From positions 62,001-126,000 of IMG/VR virus record IMGVR_UViG_3300048927_000250: a stretch of 64,000 nucleotides of DNA. One strand, written 5' to 3'. The notes below the pieces were generated by a model. The model did no database searches and was not told where the DNA came from. It was given only the letters and a program-made list of their open reading frames with translations. Below, piece by piece: positions 45,164 to 54,474 of the stretch. How positions within the stretch are numbered: position 1 is the first letter of the stretch; each line of letters opens with the position of its first letter. The translations under genes were made by a program, and so were the position numbers.

Positions 45164-47941
45164 ATGGGCTACAAGAAAAATAAAGTTGCGCCAACGTCGG
45201 TACGGGTAAAAAGTCAGAACACCGACTTCTTCCACCGTAACCCGCGCGCAGCTGTCGTCGCCTCCAAAATGATTGCTGACCGCTACAGCGGACAGAACAA
45301 ACCTGGCCACGGTGTCGACGTACCGAACGAAAGCATCTTTGACGTCATCATCAACCGCCGCGGGCGGAAGAACCTTGACGCCGAAACTATCATGAACTTG
45401 CAGCCGGACATCAAGCTGATTAAAAGCCTGATTACCTCCATCGTCATGTCACCGATTGACATGGACTCCGGCGGCGTAACCTTTAAAATGACGGAATCCA
45501 CGGAACTCCCAGGGGTGGTCTATAACCCGTTGCTGGAAGTCATCCGTTCGCACTTCACCAGTTACTACGACCTCAACGAAGTGTTACCGTTGGCCGTCGG
45601 CGAAGCGCTCTTCGACCAAGGTGCCTCCATCCGCGTGGTGGTTCCCGAAGCCGCGGTCGACGACATGATTAACGGAACCACTCAGCGCGTCAGCACCGAA
45701 GACTATATTAACTCCCGTCTGGACGCTGACCGCCTGACGTTCCGTCCCCAAGGTTTCCTGGGTCCGGTAATGGCTGGCTGGAAAGACAATAAACGTATTC
45801 CGTTTGATGCCCACGCTGCGCAGAAGAAAGTGTCACTGGAGTCCGCCTTTACTATCCAGGCGTCCGCCACGAACACGCGCTTCAACAGCATGGCGACCAT
45901 CACCGACAATATCGAAATCCTGACGGTTCCCATACTAAAAGAGCGCACACGTGCCCGCATGTTGCGTAATGCTCAGATGGCGCGGTTGTATCAGGCGAAC
46001 CGGTCTGTCGCCACGGAAAGTAACCAGGCGCAAATCCGTACGTTAGCAGGAACGTTGTACAAACAAACGAACGGTCGCAGTCAGGTGAAGAACGTGGAAA
46101 TCATGTCCGCGGCACATTCTGCTTCCCGTTCCTCAATCGGTCACCCAATGGTCATGAAGTGGTCCTCCGACTCCCTGGTTCCGGCGTATGTCCCGGGGGA
46201 AGAAGAGAAACACCTGGGATACATCGGGGCAATTGATGAGAACGGTCACCCAATTGATGTCATGGAAGAGATGAAGCAAAATATCTCGAAGGGCATGGGG
46301 AACCTGGATAACCAACAGGCGATGAACCTGACCTCGACGTTGATTCAGCAAACGCAGATTCTTCAGTCGGGTTACAACGTCGACATGGACAAGCAGTCCG
46401 CTGCGGAACGTTTGCGGCTCTTCACTCAGGTGTACGAAGAGAACATCTTGAACCGCATCAAGTCGGGTATCTACGGGCACAACGTGAAGCTCGGTGACAA
46501 CGAATCCTTCTACAAGGTGATGTTGGCTCGCCACTTCGCAAACAACCACATCCACCTGGTGTTCATCCCAGCCGAACAGGTCGCGTACTTCGCGTACGAC
46601 TACGACAAGAACGGTATGGGTAAATCCCTGCTGGATGACGTGAAGCAGGTCAGTACCCTGCGTGTCATGACCACGTTTGCGAACTTCATGTCGGCGATTG
46701 CGAACGCTGTGGGCCGCACCAAAGTGACACTCAACATCGACCCGCGTTCTCCGGACCCGGAAAAGGATTACCATATCCTGATGGACGAGTATCTCCGTGG
46801 CCAGTCTAACGCCAGTCCAACTGACGTAACCTCGGCAGCTGAGATGTTCCGTACCATTCGTCAGATGGGCGTGAACTTTGAAGTGACCGGTAACGACCGT
46901 ATCCCGAACACCACGGTACAGGTTGACTCTTACCAGTCGCAGAAACAAATGATTGACCCGGAGTTTACCAACGAACTGAAAACCCAGCAGTACATGGGCC
47001 TGTTCGTGACCCCTGACATGGTGGACATGACCCAGCAAGGTGATTTCGCGATTACCCGCTGGACATCAAACCAACTGTTCGCTAAGCGTATCAAAACTAT
47101 CCAGCAGGCGACGTGTCGCCATGGGAAGAAACTGGTCACGGCATATACCCTGTCGTCCGGTGAATTGATTAAGCGCTTGCAGCAGGAAATCGACGGGATT
47201 AAGGACAAGCTTCCGGAGAAGTACAAGATAACAGAATCACAGGGTAACGTTATCCGGCACCAAGAGCTGATTGAAGACTTCATGGAAGACCTCATGCTCG
47301 AGTTGCCAACACCGTCCAGTACCAAGTACCAGACGCAGCTGGAAGAAATGAACAAGTACTCCGGCCTCCTTGATGAAGGTATCCGTCATTACGTAACCAA
47401 CGAACTGTTGGGTGGTGCAATGGCAGATGAAGACAGTTCTCACGTTGACCTGATGGTGAACTCCATTAAGTCGTACATGATGCGCGAGTACATGGCGCGT
47501 GAGGATATCTTGCCTGAGTTGCAGGAACTGGTGCGTAAAGGTACCGAGGACAATCCGTCACTCGACCTCTCCAAAGAGTACATGGTGCACATGACGAACA
47601 TCATGAACAACCTGGGGGATTGGGGTTCAGCGGTGAAACTGCGTCGTGAGAAGTATCTGGAAATGCTGCAATCCAAGAACCCGGATTACGCCGAGGCGAT
47701 TGGTAGCGCAGGAGCCAGTGCGGACTCTTCATCTTCGGATGACAGCAGTGACGACGGTGGGGATGATGAGTTCGACTTCGACAGCGAGCCACCAGGAATG
47801 GATGAGTTCGATGACGGTGGGGATACCGATGCGGAAGAGTCTCCGGATGAGACAGACACCGATACCACCGGGGAAGCGGACATGGCGGCAGAAGAAGAAC
47901 CTGCACAGGAACCAGCAGGGGGCGCGGAACCAACGCCATAA
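45164..47941 (+). CDS. Portal protein (phiKZ gp129-like)
   Basis: 925 aa, N-terminal STE/SLE/ATE protease-site motifs, acidic C-terminal tail, synteny near the nvRNAP and MCP genes. Confidence 0.7.
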   Translation: MGYKKNKVAPTSVRVKSQNTDFFHRNPRAAVVASKMIADRYSGQNKPGHGVDVPNESIFDVIINRRGRKNLDAETIMNLQPDIKLIKSLITSIVMSPIDMDSGGVTFKMTESTELPGVVYNPLLEVIRSHFTSYYDLNEVLPLAVGEALFDQGASIRVVVPEAAVDDMINGTTQRVSTEDYINSRLDADRLTFRPQGFLGPVMAGWKDNKRIPFDAHAAQKKVSLESAFTIQASATNTRFNSMATITDNIEILTVPILKERTRARMLRNAQMARLYQANRSVATESNQAQIRTLAGTLYKQTNGRSQVKNVEIMSAAHSASRSSIGHPMVMKWSSDSLVPAYVPGEEEKHLGYIGAIDENGHPIDVMEEMKQNISKGMGNLDNQQAMNLTSTLIQQTQILQSGYNVDMDKQSAAERLRLFTQVYEENILNRIKSGIYGHNVKLGDNESFYKVMLARHFANNHIHLVFIPAEQVAYFAYDYDKNGMGKSLLDDVKQVSTLRVMTTFANFMSAIANAVGRTKVTLNIDPRSPDPEKDYHILMDEYLRGQSNASPTDVTSAAEMFRTIRQMGVNFEVTGNDRIPNTTVQVDSYQSQKQMIDPEFTNELKTQQYMGLFVTPDMVDMTQQGDFAITRWTSNQLFAKRIKTIQQATCRHGKKLVTAYTLSSGELIKRLQQEIDGIKDKLPEKYKITESQGNVIRHQELIEDFMEDLMLELPTPSSTKYQTQLEEMNKYSGLLDEGIRHYVTNELLGGAMADEDSSHVDLMVNSIKSYMMREYMAREDILPELQELVRKGTEDNPSLDLSKEYMVHMTNIMNNLGDWGSAVKLRREKYLEMLQSKNPDYAEAIGSAGASADSSSSDDSSDDGGDDEFDFDSEPPGMDEFDDGGDTDAEESPDETDTDTTGEADMAAEEEPAQEPAGGAEPTP

Positions 47942-47960
47942 CGAAAAAAAAAAGAAAGGC

Positions 47961-47994
47961 AACGCCACCGGGGAAACCCGGTGGCGTTTATGCC
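47961..47994. terminator. Bidirectional terminator with TTTATGCC tail
   Basis: AACGCCACCGGG-GAAA-CCCGGTGGCGTT, long upstream A-run. Confidence 0.85.
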
Positions 47995-47996
47995 GC

Positions 47997-48176
47997 TTAG
48001 TGATAACGGAAGATGCGATGCGCAATCAACGTTACAACCAAGGGCACAACCGTAATAAGGACAAACAGCCACAGGACGTTTGCCCGCTCAGGGGGAATGG
48101 AAACCATAATCAACGCACAGATAATCCATGCACCGAATCCACACCCCATAACGTAGCTAAACGCGCGCGGGGACAT
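47997..48176 (-). CDS. Small two-TM membrane protein (59 aa, not in ORF track)
   Basis: MSPRAFSYVMGCGFGAWIICALIMVSIPPERANVLWLFVLITVVPLVVTLIAHRIFRYH*; TGATG coupling to the upstream gene. Confidence 0.75.
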   Translation of the reverse strand: MSPRAFSYVMGCGFGAWIICALIMVSIPPERANVLWLFVLITVVPLVVTLIAHRIFRYH

Positions 48177-48802
48177 CAGCTGTACGCCACGTCACGCCAG
48201 AAGCGGGAGAACTGAAGGTTCTCCAGCGCATCCACGTTCTGCTCGCGCAGTGCGGTTTCAGCGATTTCCAGAATCCCACGGCCGTCATCGGGTTCATCCG
48301 TTAAAAGTTCGGTGAGTTCTTTTTCGTTGCGGGCAAAGAGCGTGTACGCAACCTGGGTCAGCAGCGAGGAGTGGTCGTCCTCACGTGACGGAGATTTGTA
48401 CTGATTAGCGTCTTTGACGTACAGGTTGTCCTGTTCCAGGACGGTGACTTCAATCCCGAAGGAACTGTCACGCCAGGCATCGAAACACTGACGGACAACG
48501 CCCAGTACCGATTGGGGATTCTGTTGATAGAAACGTTTGAAGGCCAGGTAACGCGGGGAGTCAAAGAAACTGTTAGCGCGGGCCTGTGCCATCAAATCGG
48601 GAACGGACGTGTTACCGAAGATAGCAGTAACGATTGGGTTCACTTCAGACATAGCGGGTTCCTTCTCAGGTTTAGGTAAGAATGCGGGTTCAGGGCGAGG
48701 CTCGGTAGCTTCCTCAGCCGTGGCGATGCGATAGGGTACGACGTTACTGATTGTTGACGTGTCGATTTTACCCTGAGAAGATTTGTTATTTTTTCTACTC
48801 AT
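48176..48802 (-). CDS. Hypothetical protein (208 aa; start moved to MSRKNN)
   Basis: 17-bp module with TAAGGGG RBS before ATG 48802. Confidence 0.8.
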   Translation of the reverse strand: MSRKNNKSSQGKIDTSTISNVVPYRIATAEEATEPRPEPAFLPKPEKEPAMSEVNPIVTAIFGNTSVPDLMAQARANSFFDSPRYLAFKRFYQQNPQSVLGVVRQCFDAWRDSSFGIEVTVLEQDNLYVKDANQYKSPSREDDHSSLLTQVAYTLFARNEKELTELLTDEPDDGRGILEIAETALREQNVDALENLQFSRFWRDVAYS

Positions 48803-48806
48803 GGTG

Positions 48807-48823
48807 GACAACCCCTTATTTAA
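48807..48823 (-). repeat. 17-bp translation-start module, copy 2
   Basis: Exact copy of 2430-2446. Confidence 0.9.
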
Positions 48824-49205
48824 AATCAAACGTGATGATGTAGCTTGGGATAAAGACATCACTCCCAGGCTTCAATCTTTTTTGCTCAGAGAAGGCAAAG
48901 CCGTAGCCTGCTTCTTTAAGCTTTTCCATCAGGTAGTACAGGCAGCAGGTGTTGATGTTCCTGTTGCGCAGCACTATCCCGTCGAAACGTTGACCCTGAT
49001 TGAATTTACGTTCGTGCTCTACAATACCGTTGAAGATGGCAGGATATTCATTCATCAGTTTGTAGGCTGTGCGTCCCTTAAGTACGTACTCGTTAACGCG
49101 GTTGACAAACTCCTGTTCAGCTTGCACGATACGCAGGTTAGTCACCCCTGGCAATTTACCCATAGGGTCATCAATCAGGGAGAGTAATACCGGCTGTTTT
49201 GACAT
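48816..49205 (-). CDS. Hypothetical protein (129 aa; start moved to MSKQPV)
   Basis: GGAG RBS before ATG 49205. Confidence 0.75.
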   Translation of the reverse strand: MSKQPVLLSLIDDPMGKLPGVTNLRIVQAEQEFVNRVNEYVLKGRTAYKLMNEYPAIFNGIVEHERKFNQGQRFDGIVLRNRNINTCCLYYLMEKLKEAGYGFAFSEQKRLKPGSDVFIPSYIITFDFK

Positions 49206-49218
49206 ATGCTCTCCAGAT

Positions 49219-49248
49219 GGCATAACGCTGGGAGGTTGCCCTCCCAGC
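49219..49248 (-). terminator. Hairpin followed by GTTATGCC
   Basis: GCTGGGAGG/CCTCCCAGC 9-bp stem. Confidence 0.7.
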
Positions 49249-49255
49249 TATGGGT

Positions 49256-51418
49256 TTAGTTGCTCAGGCGAACCAGGTATTCGCTCAGGCTTGGGTCGTA
49301 CCAGCTAACGAAGATTTCCATGTCCACACCGTCAGCCAGCAAGATACGGCGGCGGATAGCGAACAGTTCTTCTGCGATACCTTCGTGTTGACGCATCCCG
49401 TTAATGGCTTTAAACAGCAACGGAGAGGCTTCTTTGGTTACACGAGCGACACGCGTTGGCTTCCCGTTAGCACGCGGAGCCATCAGACCCAGTTCCATGG
49501 TAGAGAAGCTGGTCAGGATGGTGTCGAAACGTTCACGGTGATACACGCCACGATTAACTGCAACGTTGTCTTCACCGGCCGCAAACTCGATGCAGTGGAA
49601 CTGACGCATCAATTCACGGGCGAACTTGTTCAGACGTTCCACGGTTTGCACACCGAAGTCTTCTTTCAGGCGACCGAGGAATTCCACACCGTCAACGCCG
49701 AAGTCGTCAATCCAGCATGGCAGACCCAGGTTACCTTGCAGTGCACGGTTAACCGCAGCTGTGAACAGACGGTTGATGCCCACCCACAATGCCGGAGCAA
49801 TGGTCCCTTTCAGGTCCATCAGACGTTTGTGGTACTCCTGGTAGCTGTGGCCGTCGTGCCATTTGCTGGAGGTGAAGTCAATCAGCTGAAGCTTCAGGTC
49901 TTCGAACTCCGCATCGGTACGCGCAACGTACAGCAGTTCCATTTCGTTGGTGATACCCTGAATGGTAATTGGGTCAGAGTCTTCCGCCATGACGGTGTTC
50001 TCTGTTGCCAGCTGCCACATTTTCACCGTGAGGTCTTTCTTGCCCATGCCATAGACCGTGCCGTTTAACAGGACGGTATCCCCATTACGGGACGGCAGCT
50101 CCGGAGCGAAGGTCGGCATTGGTTCGCGTTCTTCTTCCGGCAGTTGCCCGTTGGCTTCTTCCCATTCCTTCATTTCGCGCTCGTGTTCCTTGCGCTGATG
50201 TTCTTCGTCTGCTTCGATATCGTTCAGACGGAAACGGGAAGTAGAAGCTACTTTGGTCAGCTGTGCACGAATCTGCGCAACTTCGTTCTCGTAGCTCTGT
50301 GGGCGACCTAAGTCAGGAATCACCGCATCATCGTAGTTCATGTCGACCTCAGTATACACGACATCCTGATAGCCATCTTCCGTCACCACTAAGCGCATAC
50401 GCACTACAGTCGGGTCGTACAGGACTGGCAGGTTTGGTTTGTTCGGGTCCAAAGGCTTACGCGGAAGCGTAGCAATGAATTCCGGGTTTTCGATGTCTGC
50501 ACCCAGCTCAATCAACTGTGCACGGGTCGGGCGGTCAGTCTTCGCCAACACTTTAGCTGGGTCCAGCGTTGCAGCATCACGAACAGGTTGTCCCATACGA
50601 CTTGGGCCGTTGTGGACAAACTTCACGGCTTCCGGTTCGCGGGCTGCGGCAGGTGCTACATTAACAACAGCTGGCTCTGGGAAATCCGGCACCGGTTGAG
50701 AGGCAGCCGGTTTTTCCTGAGTGATGCCACCACCTGCCAACTTCGCACGCATCTGTGCCAGTGCATCCTGGTTTTTATCCAGAACAGTGTTACCGGTAGA
50801 GCGTGGACGCTCTTCAGCGCGGCTGTAACGGTCAGAGACACGAGAAGGTTGTGCAGGTGCTCGGTCTTCTGGTAATGGACGGTCACGTAAGCGAGAACGC
50901 AATTCTTCACGTTCTTCACCACCGCGGGAAGAACGACGGGCGCTGCGGTCGTAATCACGACCACTGCTACGGTCACGTTCCTGACCACCACCAAAGCGGT
51001 CGCTTGGACGACCACGTTCGTCACGGTCATCGCGGTCACGACCGCGTCCACGGCCACCTCGACCACCACGGGCGTCTGAGAGCACGTCTTGCAGGTCTTC
51101 GGCTTTCTTGACGAACTTACGTGCGTCATCGTAGTCGCGGTCGTTCAGGTCGTCAGACAGACGTTTGTCCTTCAACACGAAGTCGGCGGCTTTCATGAAG
51201 ACCAGACCGGCGAGATGACGACTGTAGTCAAACTGACGGTCGTCGGACAGGTATTCCAGCGCATCAATTACCCACTTCATCAGCGAGTCAAATTCACGGT
51301 TAGTGAACTTGTCGATGCTCACTTCTTCGAAATACATTTCGATAACCATTGAACGGTCTTTCTTCAGAACATCAATCACGTCCAATTCGATATCACGGTC
51401 ACTTGGCAAACGGCTCAT
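49256..51418 (-). CDS. phiKZ-like protein with a long RGG/RD-rich disordered linker (720 aa)
   Basis: Directly downstream of the nvRNAP subunit; residues ~115-200 are R/G/D/S-rich. Confidence 0.85.
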   Translation of the reverse strand: MSRLPSDRDIELDVIDVLKKDRSMVIEMYFEEVSIDKFTNREFDSLMKWVIDALEYLSDDRQFDYSRHLAGLVFMKAADFVLKDKRLSDDLNDRDYDDARKFVKKAEDLQDVLSDARGGRGGRGRGRDRDDRDERGRPSDRFGGGQERDRSSGRDYDRSARRSSRGGEEREELRSRLRDRPLPEDRAPAQPSRVSDRYSRAEERPRSTGNTVLDKNQDALAQMRAKLAGGGITQEKPAASQPVPDFPEPAVVNVAPAAAREPEAVKFVHNGPSRMGQPVRDAATLDPAKVLAKTDRPTRAQLIELGADIENPEFIATLPRKPLDPNKPNLPVLYDPTVVRMRLVVTEDGYQDVVYTEVDMNYDDAVIPDLGRPQSYENEVAQIRAQLTKVASTSRFRLNDIEADEEHQRKEHEREMKEWEEANGQLPEEEREPMPTFAPELPSRNGDTVLLNGTVYGMGKKDLTVKMWQLATENTVMAEDSDPITIQGITNEMELLYVARTDAEFEDLKLQLIDFTSSKWHDGHSYQEYHKRLMDLKGTIAPALWVGINRLFTAAVNRALQGNLGLPCWIDDFGVDGVEFLGRLKEDFGVQTVERLNKFARELMRQFHCIEFAAGEDNVAVNRGVYHRERFDTILTSFSTMELGLMAPRANGKPTRVARVTKEASPLLFKAINGMRQHEGIAEELFAIRRRILLADGVDMEIFVSWYDPSLSEYLVRLSN

Positions 51419-51421
51419 TTA

Positions 51422-51438
51422 GACAACCCCTTATTTAA
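51422..51438 (-). repeat. 17-bp translation-start module, copy 3
   Basis: Exact copy of 2430-2446. Confidence 0.9.
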
Positions 51439-51448
51439 AGATACAAAG

Positions 51449-53113
51449 TTAGAAAGTTGAGATTTCATCTTTCATCATGTTCAGCAGGTTCACGTACTTC
51501 GGATTACGGATAAACATCCCGTCATCGTCAATCCACGCAAACGGATTCAGTTTGGTGCGGCCATCCGGAGACGGTTTCGGGAAGTTGCAGTAGCTGCCAC
51601 ATTCCACAACCGACGGGTGAAGATGGTAACTCACGTCGTTGACGTTGATTACTTTCTTCTTCTTCCCTTTCTGGATGACTGCGTTGGTCTGGCGGATGAT
51701 GTTACAGGTGTACTTAAACAAGTAACAGTCACCAGGGAACTGCACGCTGGTAATCTCACCGTGGCTACGGCGGCCCATGGGGAAGGAAAGAATGTTAATC
51801 TTCTTACCGAGTAACAGCTTGATTTTCTGTAACGAAATCGGATGCCGTTCGCGGTTTAAAGACCAACCCAGGTTAAAGATGGCGTCGGTAATGCTCGAAT
51901 ACACGTAACGGTTTACCATCAGGTACTTACCCCACATGTTACCCGGGTCAGCGTTGTTCATGCGTTGCTGAATCGTGTCGTTCATGTGGATAAAGAACTC
52001 GTAGATATCCCGCACATCTATACCGATGTTACGTAAATCTCGCCGTGCTTTCACGTCCACGTAGCGGTCCAGAGAATCCAGGTGGTTGTCGATTTTGTTC
52101 AACAGTTTCCCTTCGCTCTCGTTACTGCGGTGAATCGTGTAGCCCATTACCACCTTCCAGGAATCCGGATGGTCAATGTTCTGGGCGTTGAAGTACAGCG
52201 GGAAGTGGTCAACCACGTAGAAGAAGTGTGCCGCTGCCGTGTGGAAGTCGGTGTTCTTCATGGTCAACTGGTCGGTACGGAACACCAGGTTTAACTGGGT
52301 CGGCATCCCATATTTCTTCGGCGAGTGCACCGGACGTCCGATACCGCAAGCGTACTTGGAACTGAGCACGGTCCATTGCTCACCCTGATACATCTCACGC
52401 ACATCGTTGACGTCGCAGACGATTACGTCCAGGCCGTAGAAACGACGGAAGACATCAGTAACACCGTACTTACAGAACAGGTAGTGACCGGTTGTGGAAA
52501 TGGTCTTGGGTAAATGACGCACTTCACTGGCTTTGGTTTTAGGGCGGGCATTATGCGCCGTTACCTTCACCACGTAGCTGTTAACCGTTTCCCCATCCTG
52601 CAAGAGCTGGTACTGCTGCGTCTCCATAGTAAACTTCGCACGGGCGAAGATGACAAACACGTCACGGTCAGTTACCGTAAACACCGGGTCGCCTAACACG
52701 GATGCAATCGTGTTGGTAGTACCCGAGAGCATAAGGTTACCGGCCTCCCCAGCGAAAGGTAAGAAGATGGGCTTGGGAATCAGCGTCTCTTGTTTCGTTT
52801 TGGGGTCAGTATACTTGAACAGCATTTCTGCCAAGTACAGGTCAGATTCAGCAATGTCAAACTCACGCTTGCCGCTGTCGGATTTCATTAGGGTTTCTTT
52901 GACGGTTTCTAACGGCGATAACCGGCGTATACCCATGTAACGGAATTCCGGAGGAAAACCCTCATCAGCGCAGCGTGCCACCGAGTCAAGATACTCGAGG
53001 TCGCTTTCCATCGCCTCGCCCACAAAGCCTTCGCAGATGCGCGGGTTGAACTGCGGCAGGTCATCATGGATAAAATCAAATAGTTCGAGGTCGAAGCTCA
53101 CCTTATCCTCCAT
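51449..53113 (-). CDS. rpoB: Non-virion RNA polymerase beta subunit, N-terminal part (phiKZ gp123-like)
   Basis: 554 aa; C-terminal HPSVVECGS..N.PK..P.GR...LNP matches the RpoB H.SHYGR.CP.ETPEG.N.G region; synteny with MCP. Confidence 0.8.
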   Translation of the reverse strand: MEDKVSFDLELFDFIHDDLPQFNPRICEGFVGEAMESDLEYLDSVARCADEGFPPEFRYMGIRRLSPLETVKETLMKSDSGKREFDIAESDLYLAEMLFKYTDPKTKQETLIPKPIFLPFAGEAGNLMLSGTTNTIASVLGDPVFTVTDRDVFVIFARAKFTMETQQYQLLQDGETVNSYVVKVTAHNARPKTKASEVRHLPKTISTTGHYLFCKYGVTDVFRRFYGLDVIVCDVNDVREMYQGEQWTVLSSKYACGIGRPVHSPKKYGMPTQLNLVFRTDQLTMKNTDFHTAAAHFFYVVDHFPLYFNAQNIDHPDSWKVVMGYTIHRSNESEGKLLNKIDNHLDSLDRYVDVKARRDLRNIGIDVRDIYEFFIHMNDTIQQRMNNADPGNMWGKYLMVNRYVYSSITDAIFNLGWSLNRERHPISLQKIKLLLGKKINILSFPMGRRSHGEITSVQFPGDCYLFKYTCNIIRQTNAVIQKGKKKKVINVNDVSYHLHPSVVECGSYCNFPKPSPDGRTKLNPFAWIDDDGMFIRNPKYVNLLNMMKDEISTF

Positions 53114-53119
53114 TGGTTG

Positions 53120-54160
53120 TCAAGAACGGAACCAATCCGCCAGCTTACTGATTACGGTAATTGCCCCGCCGATAATTCCGGCACTGGCAACAAACATCTT
53201 CAGGTGTTCGCTGTCGTCTTTACGGTCGAGGCTGCGGTATTCGAAATAGTCTTTGCGCTCGAGCGATTTCAGTTCGTTCTCATTCTTCAGGGTTAATATC
53301 TGTTTCTCGAAGTCTTGCTTCTCCCGCTCCCAGGCTTTCTCAGCTTCGGCGAAAATGTCACCGTGTGCTGCTGCTTCCGCCTGCGTCGGATAAAACTTTA
53401 TCGGACATTGTTCATCAGATGAGTGGAGCTCGTAAAAAACGATTTCCGTCCGCTTATCCACGTTTCCCGGAACGTAGACATAAATACCTGATGGCTGTAA
53501 CGGGTCAGTAACGGGTGACACCTTACAGACAAAGCCGTTGACGTTAATGTAGCGCGTTCCGAAAATGCCCTCATTATCTACCACGCCCATCATCAGTCCA
53601 GAGGTGGCCGATGACATGGTAGCAATACGCTCTTCAAACGCCAGTTGGAAATCCACGTTCTCTGACGGATGTTGAGGCAGGTGTTCGAGGCCATGCATGG
53701 AGACGACAACATCGAGTTCTTGCAGATATAACACCCCACCTTTATCCATTACATCTTTAGCGTCCAAGAAGTAATGATGCGTTAGCTTCGTGACCTGGAC
53801 AGAGGCCCCGTAGCGAGAAGGTTCAATTACTTGCGATACACGGGTACGGTCTAAAGTCATTCCGTTACCGGTGCGTCGCGTTACGTCATAATCCACTCCT
53901 TCTGTTGAGAAATACCCACAGGTATAGAACAGCCCTTTGCGTAGTTCCAGGACCACCTCTTTACTCGGGATGCGATGAACAATCCCGTCTCGTTCTCTCA
54001 CGTATAAGTCGATGCCCGTGTTGTTGACAATGCTCTTGGCACTCACATACCGCGGCAGAGTCTTTGGAATCTCCTCTTCTATAATGGTGCCTAAGACGGC
54101 TTTAAATGATGTAGCCTCCCGTCTGAAGCGGGGAGGTTTCCCGTGGTAGTGTGATTCCAT
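53120..54160 (-). CDS. phiKZ-like core hypothetical protein (gp122-like position); start uncertain
   Basis: Between MCP and the nvRNAP subunit; C-terminal coiled coil and hydrophobic tail. Confidence 0.75.
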   Translation of the reverse strand: MESHYHGKPPRFRREATSFKAVLGTIIEEEIPKTLPRYVSAKSIVNNTGIDLYVRERDGIVHRIPSKEVVLELRKGLFYTCGYFSTEGVDYDVTRRTGNGMTLDRTRVSQVIEPSRYGASVQVTKLTHHYFLDAKDVMDKGGVLYLQELDVVVSMHGLEHLPQHPSENVDFQLAFEERIATMSSATSGLMMGVVDNEGIFGTRYINVNGFVCKVSPVTDPLQPSGIYVYVPGNVDKRTEIVFYELHSSDEQCPIKFYPTQAEAAAHGDIFAEAEKAWEREKQDFEKQILTLKNENELKSLERKDYFEYRSLDRKDDSEHLKMFVASAGIIGGAITVISKLADWFRS

Positions 54161-54269
54161 AATTTATCGCCCTGCGGGATAAACGCCGTTTGTTCCAAAT
54201 CGCTGATGAGCAGAAGTTCCTAAAGTTCTGTCTAACATCCCCGTTCCATTAACGGAATCGTTCAAGTAG

Positions 54270-54280
54270 GTAATATATTC
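54270..54280 (-). promoter_or_regulatory. Early promoter motif GAATATATTAC
   Basis: TATATTAC core downstream of the MCP terminator, upstream of the nvRNAP operon. Confidence 0.65.
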
Positions 54281-54304
54281 TTGAAAGTTCTTTACATCGA
54301 CCGA

Positions 54305-54351
54305 AAACAAAAAAAAGAAAATAAAGCCCGGGAGCCCCGAAGGGCTCCCGG
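54305..54351 (-). terminator. Strong MCP terminator
   Basis: CCGGGAGCCC-TTCG-GGGCTCCCGG followed by GCTTTATTTTCTTTTTTTT. Confidence 0.9.
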
Positions 54352-54366
54352 TACTTCAACTACGGC

Positions 54367-54474
54367 ACTCTACACTGTCGCCGGAGGGTCTCGCCAACGA
54401 ACCCTCGGTGGGGCGTATCACGGTTTAGTGAAACCGTTCAACTGTGGGTTGACGATAGCCTGGCTGAGTGGAGT
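54367..54474. ncRNA. Candidate multi-hairpin RNA element in the MCP 3' UTR
   Basis: Hairpins 54384-54406, 54420-54437, 54438-54452; closing stems 54367-73/54468-74 and 54375-79/54454-58 (G.U-dependent, plus strand). Confidence 0.4.

Noticed and set aside
54203-54260. CTGATGAG followed by a stem, suggesting a hammerhead ribozyme
   Set aside because: No GAAA follows the candidate stem II and no stems I/III can be drawn
54367-54474. tRNA-like cloverleaf with a 7-bp acceptor-like stem
   Set aside because: No TTC T-loop, no 7-nt anticodon loop, no D-loop GG, and it is too long; kept only as a generic structured element
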